Source: an uncultured Planctomycetota bacterium (lineage in GTDB: Bacteria; Planctomycetota; Planctomycetia; Isosphaerales; Isosphaeraceae). From it: a stretch of DNA of 64,000 nt. Below, one piece after another: positions 18,563-28,963 of this stretch. Within the stretch, counting starts at the first letter, position 1. Every line of letters begins with the position of its first letter. Where the stretch lies: the NCBI GenBank assembly GCA_963823665.1, contig CAWGMQ010000008.1, positions 608,001-672,000 of the forward strand, read 5' to 3'. The notes under the pieces are model-generated. The model was not told the origin of the DNA. It saw only the letters and a list, made by a program, of their open reading frames with translations, and searched no databases. Position numbers and translations under genes: made by a program.

Positions 18563-20176
18563 ATGAAGGTGGGTATCCGTGATCTTTTCTTCGTGAGCGC
18601 GATTGGCGTGGGCGCGGCGGCAACGGGCGCGGGCTTGATGCGAGCGCAGGAGTCGTATCCGCCACAAAAGGCTCAGACGAAGGAAGTTAAGTCTGATACC
18701 GGGTCGACCATCACGGCACTCGACGACACGTTTCACAAGCAATGGGCCGCCGCAAAGATGACGCCGGCGGCGCCCGCGGACGACCTGACGCTGATGCGGC
18801 GTCTTTCGCTGGCATTGTCTGGAACGGTGCCCTCGCTCGAGGAAATCCGGCGGTTCGAGGCGCGGCCGAAGGAAACCCGGGTGCGGGAATGGCTCGATGC
18901 CTTGCTCGCCGACCGGCGATTCTCGGATTACCTGGCCGAGCGATTCGCCAGGGTTTACGTCGGCACGGAGGATGGCCCGTTCATTCTGTATCGACGGCGG
19001 CGGTTCATCGCGTGGCTCTCCGACGTACTGCTCGAGAATCGGCGTTATGACGGGATCGTGAAGGAGATGATCGCTGAGCGAGGCTTGTGGACGGACCACC
19101 CGGCGACGAACTTTGTTTCCGTGACGTTTGACCCCGAGCTGGGCAAGCCGACACCCGAGCGGCTGGCGGCACGGGTGGCGCGCGCGTTCCTGGGCATGCG
19201 GATCGACTGCGCCCAGTGCCACGACCATCCTTTCCAGAAGTGGAAGCAGGACGATTTTCGCGGGCTTGCTTCGTTCTTCGGCGGGGTGAACTCGAACCTG
19301 CGGGGCATCCGCGACGGCGAGAAGAACGAATACCGGCCGCCGGACCGCAAGACAAGAGAGCCGGTGGACGTCGCGCCATGCGTGCCGTTTCGTCCGGAGC
19401 TGAAGCCGGATTCGGGCAGCCCGCGCGAGCAGCTCGCGGCCTGGGTGACCGACCGGCGAAACTCCAGTTTTTCGCAAGCGACGGTGAATCGCATTTGGGC
19501 GCTGCTGCTGGGCCGGCCGCTTGCGGAGCCGGTCGATGACCTGCCGTCAGCGGGACAGCTTCACCCGGCGCTCGATCTGCTCGCGGCCGATTTCGCGGCG
19601 CACGATTACAACCTGCACCGGCTGATCCGCACGATCGTGGCAAGCGAGGCCTTCCGGCTCGGCAGCGCGACCGATGCCGCGAACCCGGACGCTCTGGACG
19701 CGGCGTGGGCTGTTTTTCCGATGACCCGGCTGCGACCGGAGCAGATTGCGGGGGCACTTTTCCAGGCTGCATCCGTCACCACGCTGGGGCCGCAGTCGCA
19801 CTGGTTCATCCGGCTATCGACTTACACGGGGCGGAACGATTTCGTCAAGCGCTACGGCGATAGCGGCGAAGACGAGTTCGACGCCAGCAGCGGCACGATT
19901 CCGCAGCGTTTGTTGCTCATGAACGGCAAGATTGCCAAAGAGAAAACCGCCGGCGGCTTGTTAACCGCCGCAGGGCAGATCGCGGGGCTGGCGCCTGACG
20001 ACCAAACTGCGGTTGAAACCGCGTTCCTCGCCGTGCTCACCCGACGGCCGACGCCGGAGGAGCTGACGCATTTCACCGCGCGGCTGGACAAAGCCAAAGG
20101 CGACACGCGAAAAGAGCGTTTGACCGACCTGTTCTGGGCGCTCATCAACACGACCGAATTCTCCTGGAGCCATTGA
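18563..20176 (+). CDS. DUF1549/DUF1553 domain protein
   Basis: RRLSLALSG, CAQCHDHP, VNRIW, DLFWALINTTEF. Confidence 0.9.
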   Translation: MKVGIRDLFFVSAIGVGAAATGAGLMRAQESYPPQKAQTKEVKSDTGSTITALDDTFHKQWAAAKMTPAAPADDLTLMRRLSLALSGTVPSLEEIRRFEARPKETRVREWLDALLADRRFSDYLAERFARVYVGTEDGPFILYRRRRFIAWLSDVLLENRRYDGIVKEMIAERGLWTDHPATNFVSVTFDPELGKPTPERLAARVARAFLGMRIDCAQCHDHPFQKWKQDDFRGLASFFGGVNSNLRGIRDGEKNEYRPPDRKTREPVDVAPCVPFRPELKPDSGSPREQLAAWVTDRRNSSFSQATVNRIWALLLGRPLAEPVDDLPSAGQLHPALDLLAADFAAHDYNLHRLIRTIVASEAFRLGSATDAANPDALDAAWAVFPMTRLRPEQIAGALFQAASVTTLGPQSHWFIRLSTYTGRNDFVKRYGDSGEDEFDASSGTIPQRLLLMNGKIAKEKTAGGLLTAAGQIAGLAPDDQTAVETAFLAVLTRRPTPEELTHFTARLDKAKGDTRKERLTDLFWALINTTEFSWSH

Positions 20177-20178
20177 GG

Positions 20179-21456
20179 ATGTCTCTTTTTTCTTCTTCAA
20201 GCCGTGCGCTGCCGTTCGAGCTTGACCGGCGCGGTTTCCTCAAGCTGGCCGGGATTTCGTGGATGACTCCCCTGGGGGAGATTCTTGCTCAGCAGGCGGA
20301 AAAAACTCGAGGGCCGGCCCAGTCGGTCATCCTGCTGTGGCTGGGCGGCGGGCCGAGCCAGCTCGAAACGTTTGACCCGCACCCAGGCACGAAGATTGCC
20401 GGCGGGACAAAGGCGATCGACACGGCCGTGAAGGGCATTCAGCTCGCCGAGGGGTTCGACCAGCTCGCGGCAGAGATGGGCTCGATTGCACTGGTGCGGT
20501 CCATGGTGAGCAAGGAGGGCGACCACGAGCGCGGCACGTACATGATGAAGCGCGGGTACCGGCCGGACCCGACGGTTGAGCACCCGTCGATCGGGGCGAT
20601 CTGTGCGCATGAGCTACCCGTGGGGCGTACCGAGATCCCGCGCCATATTTCGATCCTGACCGGCCAGTGGCCGAGCCGCGGGGGCTTTTTGGGGGCGGAG
20701 TTCGACCCGTTCCAGGCCGATGATCCCAACGGGCCGTTGCCCGATGTGAGCGCCGGCGTGGCGGACGCCCGTGATCGAGCGCGGGTTGCCGACCTCGAGA
20801 TCCTCGAGCAGACGTTTGCCCGCGGCCGGAAGACGCGCGTCGCCGCCTCGATGCACCGCGAGACGCTGGCGCGTGCCCGCGTGATGATGACCTCGGAGCA
20901 GCTCAAAGCGTTCGACGTTTCCCAGGAGCCCGAGAGCCTTCGCAAGGAATATGGCGATTCGCCTTTTGGGCGCGGCTGCCTGGCCGCCCGGCGGCTGATC
21001 GAAATCGGCGTGCGCTGTGTGGAGGTGAATCTCGACGGATGGGACGGCCACGTCGCCAATTTCGAGCTGCATCGTTCCAGGATCAAGATGCTCGACCCGG
21101 CGTTTGCGGCGCTTGTGCGGGACCTGAGGCAAAGGAAGATGCTCGAGCGGACGATCGTGCTTTGCTGCGGCGAATTTGGCCGCACGCCCAAGATGAATCT
21201 GACCGGCGGGCGGGACCACTGGCCTACTGGATTCAGCCTGGCGCTGGCGGGCGGCAAGATCCCGGGCGGCAAGGTGCTGGGCGGGACTGACCCTGAAGGC
21301 GTCAAGGATTGCGACAAGCCGACCCAGGTGGAAGACGTTCACGCCACGGTGCTGGCGGCCCTGGGGTTGAATCCGGCCAAGGAGAATATTGCGCCGGCCA
21401 CGGGGCGGCCTGTCAAACTGAGCGCGGGGAAGCCTATTCGGGAGTTGGTGGGGTGA
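20179..21456 (+). CDS. DUF1501 domain protein
   Basis: RRGFL Tat-like motif, GGPSQLETFDP, GWDGH, GEFGRTP, GRDHW. Confidence 0.93.
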   Translation: MSLFSSSSRALPFELDRRGFLKLAGISWMTPLGEILAQQAEKTRGPAQSVILLWLGGGPSQLETFDPHPGTKIAGGTKAIDTAVKGIQLAEGFDQLAAEMGSIALVRSMVSKEGDHERGTYMMKRGYRPDPTVEHPSIGAICAHELPVGRTEIPRHISILTGQWPSRGGFLGAEFDPFQADDPNGPLPDVSAGVADARDRARVADLEILEQTFARGRKTRVAASMHRETLARARVMMTSEQLKAFDVSQEPESLRKEYGDSPFGRGCLAARRLIEIGVRCVEVNLDGWDGHVANFELHRSRIKMLDPAFAALVRDLRQRKMLERTIVLCCGEFGRTPKMNLTGGRDHWPTGFSLALAGGKIPGGKVLGGTDPEGVKDCDKPTQVEDVHATVLAALGLNPAKENIAPATGRPVKLSAGKPIRELVG

Positions 21457-21612
21457 TTTGGCGCATTATTCGCCACGCGCGAAGCAACTGGGCGGTGTTC
21501 GCGGCATCGACGCAGGCGCGGATACTCGGGGCTCGGCATTCACCGTGGTCTGACCCTCGATCGCCCACGCCTTCGACTTGATTCGGGTGGCGCGGTCGCA
21601 GAAAATGGGAAT

Positions 21613-21867
21613 ATGCAAGTCCAAGGGCGAGTTTGTAATGGTGTCGTCGTTCCGGAACGAGAACTTCCGCTGCCGGAAGGGACGTTAGTGATTGTTATCT
21701 ATCCCGCCTCGCCTGGGACAAAGCCGTCCGATTCCGGCCGACGAGTTCGATTACCGTTGGTTCGATCTGACCATCCCGGAAGTCGTCAGCTCGATGCTGA
21801 TCGTGTCGCGGAGCTCCAGGACGACGACGCACCCTGGCTACGTGCTCCGGCCCCCTCCGGGGGCTGA
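21613..21867 (+). CDS. Small antitoxin-like protein with REP-derived C-terminus
   Basis: GRVCNGVVVPERELPLPEGTLV resembles AF2212/DUF104-like antitoxin N-termini; the last ~16 codons lie within the REP copy. Confidence 0.55.
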   Translation: MQVQGRVCNGVVVPERELPLPEGTLVIVIYPASPGTKPSDSGRRVRLPLVRSDHPGSRQLDADRVAELQDDDAPWLRAPAPSGG

Positions 21868-21877
21868 AAACGTACGG
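21813..21877. repeat. Second copy of the REP-like element found in the GT87 gene
   Basis: GCTCCAGG..GACGCACCCTGGCTACGTGCT..GCCCCCTCCGGGGGCTGAAAACGTACGG matches 11248-11311. Confidence 0.85.
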
Positions 21878-21902
21878 TCGCTGGGTTGCCGAATCTATCG
21901 TT

Positions 21903-22020
21903 CTCGTCACGCCTCGACACGACATCGACACGCCATCGACACGGGGTAAAGTTGGAGGCGGTTTGGGTTTAAGACAAAAACCGGCCGAAATTCGGAAAAT
22001 TCGAATATTGGCTCGACACG
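21903..22020. repeat. Short direct repeats TCGACACG at 10-11 bp period
   Basis: CTCGTCACGC CTCGACACGAC ATCGACACGCC ATCGACACGG (21903-21944) plus CTCGACACG at 22012. Confidence 0.75.
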
Positions 22021-22441
22021 CGTAAGATGTTGTGCCGCATGGGGATCACGAGGATCGGCGCGTTTTGCCGTTGAGCGTTCTTTTGCGCGCGGCTGGCGCA
22101 TATGGCCGCGGTCGTGTTGCGAGACGTGAGGCGGGCCGATCGCGAGCGACTCGAACGTCGAAACGCCGGTTATTCGGGGAGACCGTCTTGGTGGCCTGGA
22201 CTGGTTGGCGGCTCGTTCCGCCGCCAGTAAGTCTTCCAGCCCTTGTTGCGGACGATCGCATTCGCTGGAATCTGCCAGAGGTCGAGACCGACTCCGAGAA
22301 GGTCGCCGCATGACAGTAGTGCGTTGAGGCGCATAAGGAAGTCGACGCACAAACAGCACCACCCAATCCCCGTGCGTCCAAGACGACCATATAATGAGAT
22401 GCCTTCCGCGGCAATCATCGAGCGAAGAGGAAGATCAATCC

Positions 22442-25400
22442 ATGCCGGCTGGTTCGACAACCGAAGGAAGCACCGACACCGACTCGAATTCCGGCGCAGC
22501 GGTTGCTGTGGCACTCATTGCAGCCGGCGTGCCAGAGTCTGATGGTGATCAGCCTGTTGGTCGAGCGGGCCTCGATCGACGGACTGTGGAAATCGGCCGG
22601 GAGCTCTTCGAGCGCATGGGACGCGGGCCGCGACCGTGGCATCGCGCGTGGTGGGAGAACCTGTTCATCGCCGCGACGCTCGACGACACACTCGTCCGGG
22701 TGCAGCTCTTTCGGTTCATTGACGCGCTGCCGGCGTTGCACACGGACGGCGCGGTCCGCCGACACCTTGCCGAGTATCTGGCGGAGGCAGGCGACCGCGT
22801 TCCCTGGTGGCTGAGAACAGCGATTGGACTCGCCCCGCCCGGAACGGCCCGGGAAGGGTGGCTTGCGGCTGTGGCGCGTCGCTCGGCGGGGGTCATGGCC
22901 CGAAAATTCATCGCGGGCGCCACTCCGGCGGAAGCCATTCAGACGGTTGTCGGTCTGCGTGGTCGCAAGCTGGCGTTCACGGCCGACCTGCTGGGTGAGG
23001 CGGTGATCAGCGAGCGCGAAGCGGACGTGTACCAGGAGACTTGCCTGACGCTCGTTCGCGACCTGGACGTGCCGATCCGTTCGGCGGAAGAGATCCCGCT
23101 CATTGATCGGGATGGCCACGGCCCGATTCCGCGGGTGAATCTCTCGCTCAAACTCTCGAGCCTGACGGCGCACTTCGAGCCGATCCAAGCGGCCAGATCG
23201 ATCGAGCATGTCTCGGCCCGGCTGCGGCCGATTCTCCGGCTTGCCCGTGAGAAGGGTGCTCAGATCCACGTCGATATGGAGCAGTACGCTTATCGCGCAC
23301 TCAGCTACGAGCTGTTTTGCCGGGTGCTCGAGGAACCGGAATTCCGCGACTGGAGCGATGTGGGAATCGTGGTGCAGGCCTATCACGGCGAGGCCGAGTC
23401 TGAGCTGCGGATGTTGCGCGACTGGGTGAATCGGCGCGGGTCGCCGATCACGATCCGCCTGGTCAAGGGAGCGTACTGGGATTATGAAGTCGCCACTGCC
23501 CGCCGGCTGGGCTGGCCCGAGCCGGTTTATCTGCAGAAGTGGCAGAGCGATGCTTGCTTTGAGCGCTGCGCTTCTTTCCTGGTCGAGAACCACGACTCGC
23601 TGCGGCCGGCTTTCGGCAGTCACAATGTGCGCAGCCTCGCGCATGCGATCGCCGCGGCCGAATCGAAAGGCTTGTCCAAAAGCGCTTACGAGCTGCAAAC
23701 ACTCTATGGCATGGGCGACGCGATTCAGAAAGCGCTGGTGGAGCGTGGGCATCGCGTGCGGGTTTACACGCCGTATGGGGCCATCCTTCCAGGGATGGCC
23801 TACCTGGTGCGCCGGTTGCTCGAGAACACATCGAACGAATCGTTTCTGAAGGCGAGTCTCAGCGACAAGACACCTGTCGAGGAACTGCTCCGTGACCCCG
23901 AGGAGGTCGGTAAGATGCTCTCGCTGAAACGACGGCCCAAGAGCGGGGGCTCGGCCGCTCTCCCAGGGTCAGCACTTCCGCCGTTCCGGAACGAGCCGCC
24001 GGTCGATTTTGCCCGTGCGGAGAACCGCGAGGCGATGCGGCAGGCGATTGAAACGGTGCGATTGCAGCTCGGGCGATCGTATCCTCTCTTGATCGATGGC
24101 CGGGAGATCCACACGGAGACCCGGCGGTTGCCCTCGGTCGACCCGAGCCACAGCTCGCGGATTGTGGGCCAGGTCGCGCTGGCTGAAGTCAAGCATGCCG
24201 ACGCAGCAGTCGCCGCGGCCCGTAAGGCGTTTCCCGGCTGGTCGACGACTCCGCCGGCGAAGCGTGCCGCCGTGTTGATCGAGGCGGCGAAGCTGATGCG
24301 GGAACGCCGAAGAGAGCTGGCGGCGTGGGAGATCTTCGAGTGCGGCAAACCGTGGGCCGAGGCGGACGGCGACATCGCCGAGGCGATCGACTTCTGCGAA
24401 TTCTACGCACGCGAGATGTGCCGTCTGGCCGAGCCGGTGCGCTGCGACGCATCGGGAGAGATGAATTACACCGAGCCCATCGGCGCGGGGTGGCGGTGGT
24501 GATCCCGCCCTGGAATTTCCCGCTGGCGATTCCGACCGGCATGACGGTTGCCGCGCTCGTCACCGGCAACACCGTGATTCTCAAGCCGGCGGAGCAATCG
24601 CCGGTGATCGCGTGGCGGCTAGCCGAGATTCTGGTCGAAGCTGGACTTCCCCCCGGCGTGCTCAATTATGTGCCGGGCCTGGGAGAAGAGGCGGGCCAGG
24701 CGCTGGTGAATCATCCCGATGTCGACTTGATTGCGTTCACGGGCTCGCGGGAGGTGGGTCTGCTCATCAATCGTCAGGCGACGGTGGTTGCGCCGGGGCA
24801 GGATCACGTCAAGCGAGTGATCGCCGAGATGGGAGGCAAGAACGCGATCCTGGTTGACGATGACGCCGATCTGGACGAGGCCGTGGTGGGGGTGATCACG
24901 AGCGCATTCGGTTACGCGGGGCAGAAGTGTTCGGCGTGCTCGCGAGTGATCGTGCTCGCCGAGAATTACGATGCGTTTCTCTCTCGGTTGATCGAGGCAG
25001 CGCGGGCGGTCAAAATTGGGCCGGCCGACGATCCGGAGACGGTCATCGGACCGCTCGTCGACGCTGCGGTGCGCAGCCGCGTTCTCGAATATCAGAAGAT
25101 CGCCGCCGCTGAGGGCCGCGTGGTCTTTCAGGGGGACCCGGGCGAGCTCGCGAGCCGGGGCTATTTCGCGGGCCATACGATTGTCGCGGACGTGGGGCCG
25201 TGTGCGCGTGTTGCGCAGGAGGAGATCTTCGGCCCGGTTCTGGCCGTGCTGAAGGCGAATGATTTGAGTGACGCGCTGCGGATTGCGGATGCTACACCGT
25301 ATGCACTGACGGGCGGGCTTTACTCACGCAGCCCGGCGAATATCGAGAAGGTGAAGCGCGAATTTCGCGTCGGCAACCTCTATATCAACCGAGGCATTAC

Positions 25401-25569
25401 GGGAGCGCTCGTCGCGCGGCAGCCGTTCGGCGGGTTCAAGCTCTCGGGCATCGGCACCAAGGCCGGTGGACACGATTATCTTCATGAGTTTATGCTCACG
25501 CGATGTGTCACGGAGAACACGATGCGGCGGGGGTTTGCGCCGGAGGAAGTGGAGGGTGATGCGCGTTGA
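22442..25569 (+). CDS. putA: Bifunctional proline dehydrogenase / P5C dehydrogenase (apparent frameshift ~24485)
   Basis: QLFRFIDALP, VDME, IRLVKGAYW, YLVRRLLENTSN; then IPPWNFP, FTGS, EMGGKN, GQKCSAC, EEIFGP. Confidence 0.92.
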
Positions 25570-25665
25570 TTCCGTCCTCGCTTCGATTTGCATCGAACCG
25601 ATCAACCGGACACAATAGTATTACCGAGTCACTTTCCGAACGGTTCGATGCCCCAGGACAACGGT

Positions 25666-26820
25666 ATGTCGATCGTGAACCAAACACGCGCCGAGGGACA
25701 CGAAGAGTCTGAGCTTCGCGACCTACCGCTCGACTACATCTCGGTCAAGGGATTTCGAAGCATCAAGTCGATAGAGAAGCTCGCTTTGCGCCCCCTAAAT
25801 GTCCTGATTGGTGCGAACGGATCAGGGAAGTCGAACCTGTTGGAGGTCTTTCGTTTCTTGAAGGAGTTACGCAGCGGCAATCTTGTTCAGTACGCCGACG
25901 CCAACGGAGGCGCGTCCAAAGTACTGCACTTTGGGTCGAAGGTGACGCAGCAAATCGAGCTCGAAATCTCGTTTCGCGACGAAAAAAACGGGTATCACGT
26001 GGAGTTATCACCCACTTCGGAAGATCGATTTTATACGCATGATGAGTGGTGCTGGTTTTGGGACAAGGCTCGTCCGAGTCCATTTACGGCGCCTCTGACA
26101 GGAGACGGAAAGGAAGCCGGGATCAGTCAGCCGCAGCAAAGGACTGCGAATTGGGTACAACTACGATTGTCCAGTTGGTCGATTTTCCACTTTCACGATA
26201 CGAGCGCGAGCTCCCCGATGAAAGCGACCGGGGATCTGGACGACAATCGCCTTTTTCGGACCAACGCTGCGAATCTGGCCGGGTACCTTTCGTTCCTGTC
26301 GAAGCAGCATCCCGCGGAATATCAATTGATTTTGAAAACCGTGCAACTTGTGGCGCCGTTCGTTCGTGACTTCCATTTGGAACCGCTTCGCCGGAACCCC
26401 AAGATGATCAGACTGGAGTGGAATCACAAATCTTCGGACAATTATTTTGACGCATCGGCGCTTTCCGATGGCACTTTACGCTTCATCTGTCTGTGCACGC
26501 TGTTTCTGCAACCCCCGGCATACAGACCTTCCGTGATCCTGGTCGACGAACCGGAGCTGGGCTTGCACCCGTATGCCATCACTATGCTCGCGAATCTCAT
26601 CAAAAGCGCGTCGACGAAGACGCAAATCGTTGTGTCGACGCAGTCGGCATTGCTCTTGGATCACTTCGAGCCGGAGGACGTGCTCGTGGCGCAGCTTCAA
26701 GATGGCGCGACGATCATCAACCGTTTAGAGTCACAGAACCTGGCGCAGTGGCTCGACGAATACAGCTTGGGCCAGCTTTGGGAGAAAAACGAGTTCGGCG
26801 GGAGACCGGCACGTGCTTAG
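25666..26820 (+). CDS. ABC/AAA_21-type ATPase
   Basis: GFRSI, Walker A GANGSGKS, LSDGTLR signature, ILVDEPELGLHP, STQS; start uncertain. Confidence 0.9.
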   Translation: MSIVNQTRAEGHEESELRDLPLDYISVKGFRSIKSIEKLALRPLNVLIGANGSGKSNLLEVFRFLKELRSGNLVQYADANGGASKVLHFGSKVTQQIELEISFRDEKNGYHVELSPTSEDRFYTHDEWCWFWDKARPSPFTAPLTGDGKEAGISQPQQRTANWVQLRLSSWSIFHFHDTSASSPMKATGDLDDNRLFRTNAANLAGYLSFLSKQHPAEYQLILKTVQLVAPFVRDFHLEPLRRNPKMIRLEWNHKSSDNYFDASALSDGTLRFICLCTLFLQPPAYRPSVILVDEPELGLHPYAITMLANLIKSASTKTQIVVSTQSALLLDHFEPEDVLVAQLQDGATIINRLESQNLAQWLDEYSLGQLWEKNEFGGRPARA

Positions 26821-27502
26821 GCTCCTCATCCTCGTCGAAGGCGAAACCGAGGAGACATTCGTCAACGAGGTTCTTGCCCCGTACTTGTTTTCGCGAGGAT
26901 TTTCGAGAGTCGACGCCAGAATCATGGGCAATGCCCGTTTGCGCAGTAAGCGCGGCGGTGTACGCGGCTGGCCCGAGGTCCGTTCAGAAATCCTCCGCCA
27001 CTTGAGGTCGGACGATCACATTTATGTCACAACACTCGTCGATTCTTATGGTATGCCGGGTGACCAAAGAAGGGCTCATTCCTGGCCGGGCCGACAGGAA
27101 GCAGCCGTTCTGCCATTCCAGGAGAAGGGCAACCACGTCGAGTCGGCTCTGGTGGTGGAAATTGACAAAGAGCTACGGGACACACGTCGTTTTATCCCTT
27201 TGGTTGTAATGCACGAATTTGAAGCTATCCTCTTCAGTGACTGCGAGAGATTTGCGGCTGCAATCGGGCGAACCGATCTTCGGGCGAAACTGTTGAGAAT
27301 TCGCACTGCGTTCGCGTCACCCGAAGAGATCAACGATTCGCAGGACACGCATCCCTCGCAGCGCATCATCGACTTGATCCCCGAGTACCGCAAACCAATT
27401 CACGGCAACGTCGCGGCTATTGAGATCGGTCTCGAGACGATCTGTCGCGAGTGTGCGCATTTTCGTCAATGGATCGAGCGGCTGGAGTCGCTGCGCCCGT
27501 AA
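26813..27502 (+). CDS. DUF4276 family (TOPRIM-like) protein
   Basis: ILVEGETEETF, TTLVDSYG, MHEFEA, PEEIND, C.HF..W; overlaps the end of the ATPase gene. Confidence 0.85.
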   Translation: MLRLLILVEGETEETFVNEVLAPYLFSRGFSRVDARIMGNARLRSKRGGVRGWPEVRSEILRHLRSDDHIYVTTLVDSYGMPGDQRRAHSWPGRQEAAVLPFQEKGNHVESALVVEIDKELRDTRRFIPLVVMHEFEAILFSDCERFAAAIGRTDLRAKLLRIRTAFASPEEINDSQDTHPSQRIIDLIPEYRKPIHGNVAAIEIGLETICRECAHFRQWIERLESLRP

Positions 27503-27663
27503 CGCCGTCTGCTGGCCGGTCAAAGGCCGTGGCCAGCTCGAGGCGTGTTGTGCGGCGGCTCTAAATGGCGTTGCCCGCTTCTCGGATGAACCGCCTGAAT
27601 TCCGAGGCATACGCGCTCGCCGCTCGGCAGAAGCCTCGCCCGCTCGGAATTGCGAAGATCCAT

Positions 27664-28954
27664 TTAATCCGGTAGTTCCTTGCCCTGCGTCTCCGGTGCA
27701 AACCACAGAATCGCCAGCCCGACCCAGAATAATCCCGACATCGCAACGACGGCCCAGCGCAGGCCGATTGCTGTGCCGATTGTGCCGCGGATGAGCAGAA
27801 TCACGGCGCCGAAGACTCTGCCCAGGTTGAAGCAGGCGCTCGAGCCGGTGGCACGGAGCCTCCGTGGGAAGAGCTCGGGGAAATAGATCGCGTAACCGGC
27901 GTGCATTCCGAGCACGAAGAAGGCCATGACGGGCAAGAACCAGAGGGCCTGCACATAGGTGGTCACGCCGAGGAAGCAGGCCGGCGCCGTCACCGCGGCG
28001 CCGATGTGGTACACGGCGAACGCGAAGCGGCGGCCGCGCCAGGACGCGATGGGTGCGAAAGCCAGGAGGCCGAGCAATCCGCCGGTGAAATTCATCAGCA
28101 AATACGCGCGGCTTCCCATCTGCTGGCGACGGGCTTCGGAATGGCTTGCGCCAGGATCGTGCCGGCGAGCTCGGGGCTCCAGGCGAATATTCCCCAGAAC
28201 GTTGCCAGACCGATGGTGGCGAGGCCCAGACCCACAAACGCCCGCGATCGCCACGGCCCGGGGCCGAAAAGCTCGCGGAGCTCGGCGGGCGGGCGCGCAA
28301 TTCGAAACCGTGGTGGAGGATTTCACGTCGCCGCCTGGTCCAGGCCGAGTTTCGCGGATTCCGACGCGGATCCACAGCACCAAGAGCGGCAGGCAGCAGG
28401 CCCAAGAGGAAGCCCCATCGCCACGAGCCGGGGCTCTGGAACAGCATTCCGGTTATTGACGCCAGGCCCGTGCCGATGACGCTCGACGCATGAAAAACAC
28501 CGGCGGCTCTGGCGCGCGAATGCGACGGAAACGTCTCGGCCACGAGCGCTGCGGCGATCGCCCATTCACCGCCGGTGCCGAGCGCTACCAGGAACCGGAG
28601 CAGGTGCACCTGAAGTGTTGACTGTGCAAATGCGGTCAGCGACGAAAACACCGAGTAGATCAGGATGGTGAGGGCCATCATCCGGGCCCGGCCGAAGCGG
28701 TCGGACAGCACGGCAAAGAACAAGCCGCCCGCCGCGCCTCCCAGCAAGAAAACCGCGAAGCCGAGGTTTCCCTGCCAGTCGACGGCCGATCGATCGCCGG
28801 CGGAGAGCTCGGTGAACATCGGCGTCTTGAAGATCGTGAAGAGCTGGCCTTCGTAGACGTCGAATACCCAACCGGCGGAGGCGACGGCGAGAACCATGAG
28901 CGGGGCGGAACGGGGCCGGGGCTCAATTCGCGGAAGTTCGTCGTTCCTCGCCAT
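27664..28954 (-). CDS. MFS transporter (apparent frameshifts ~28150-28380)
   Basis: GWVFDVYE, SDRFGR, GTGGEW, then in another frame YFPELFP.RLRATG..CFNLGR. Confidence 0.85.
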
Positions 28955-28963
28955 GGGCCGATC

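Noticed and set aside
24470..24505. Programmed frameshift or natural split in putA
   Set aside because: The break falls inside the aldehyde dehydrogenase domain, no slippery sequence is visible, and many similar indels occur elsewhere.
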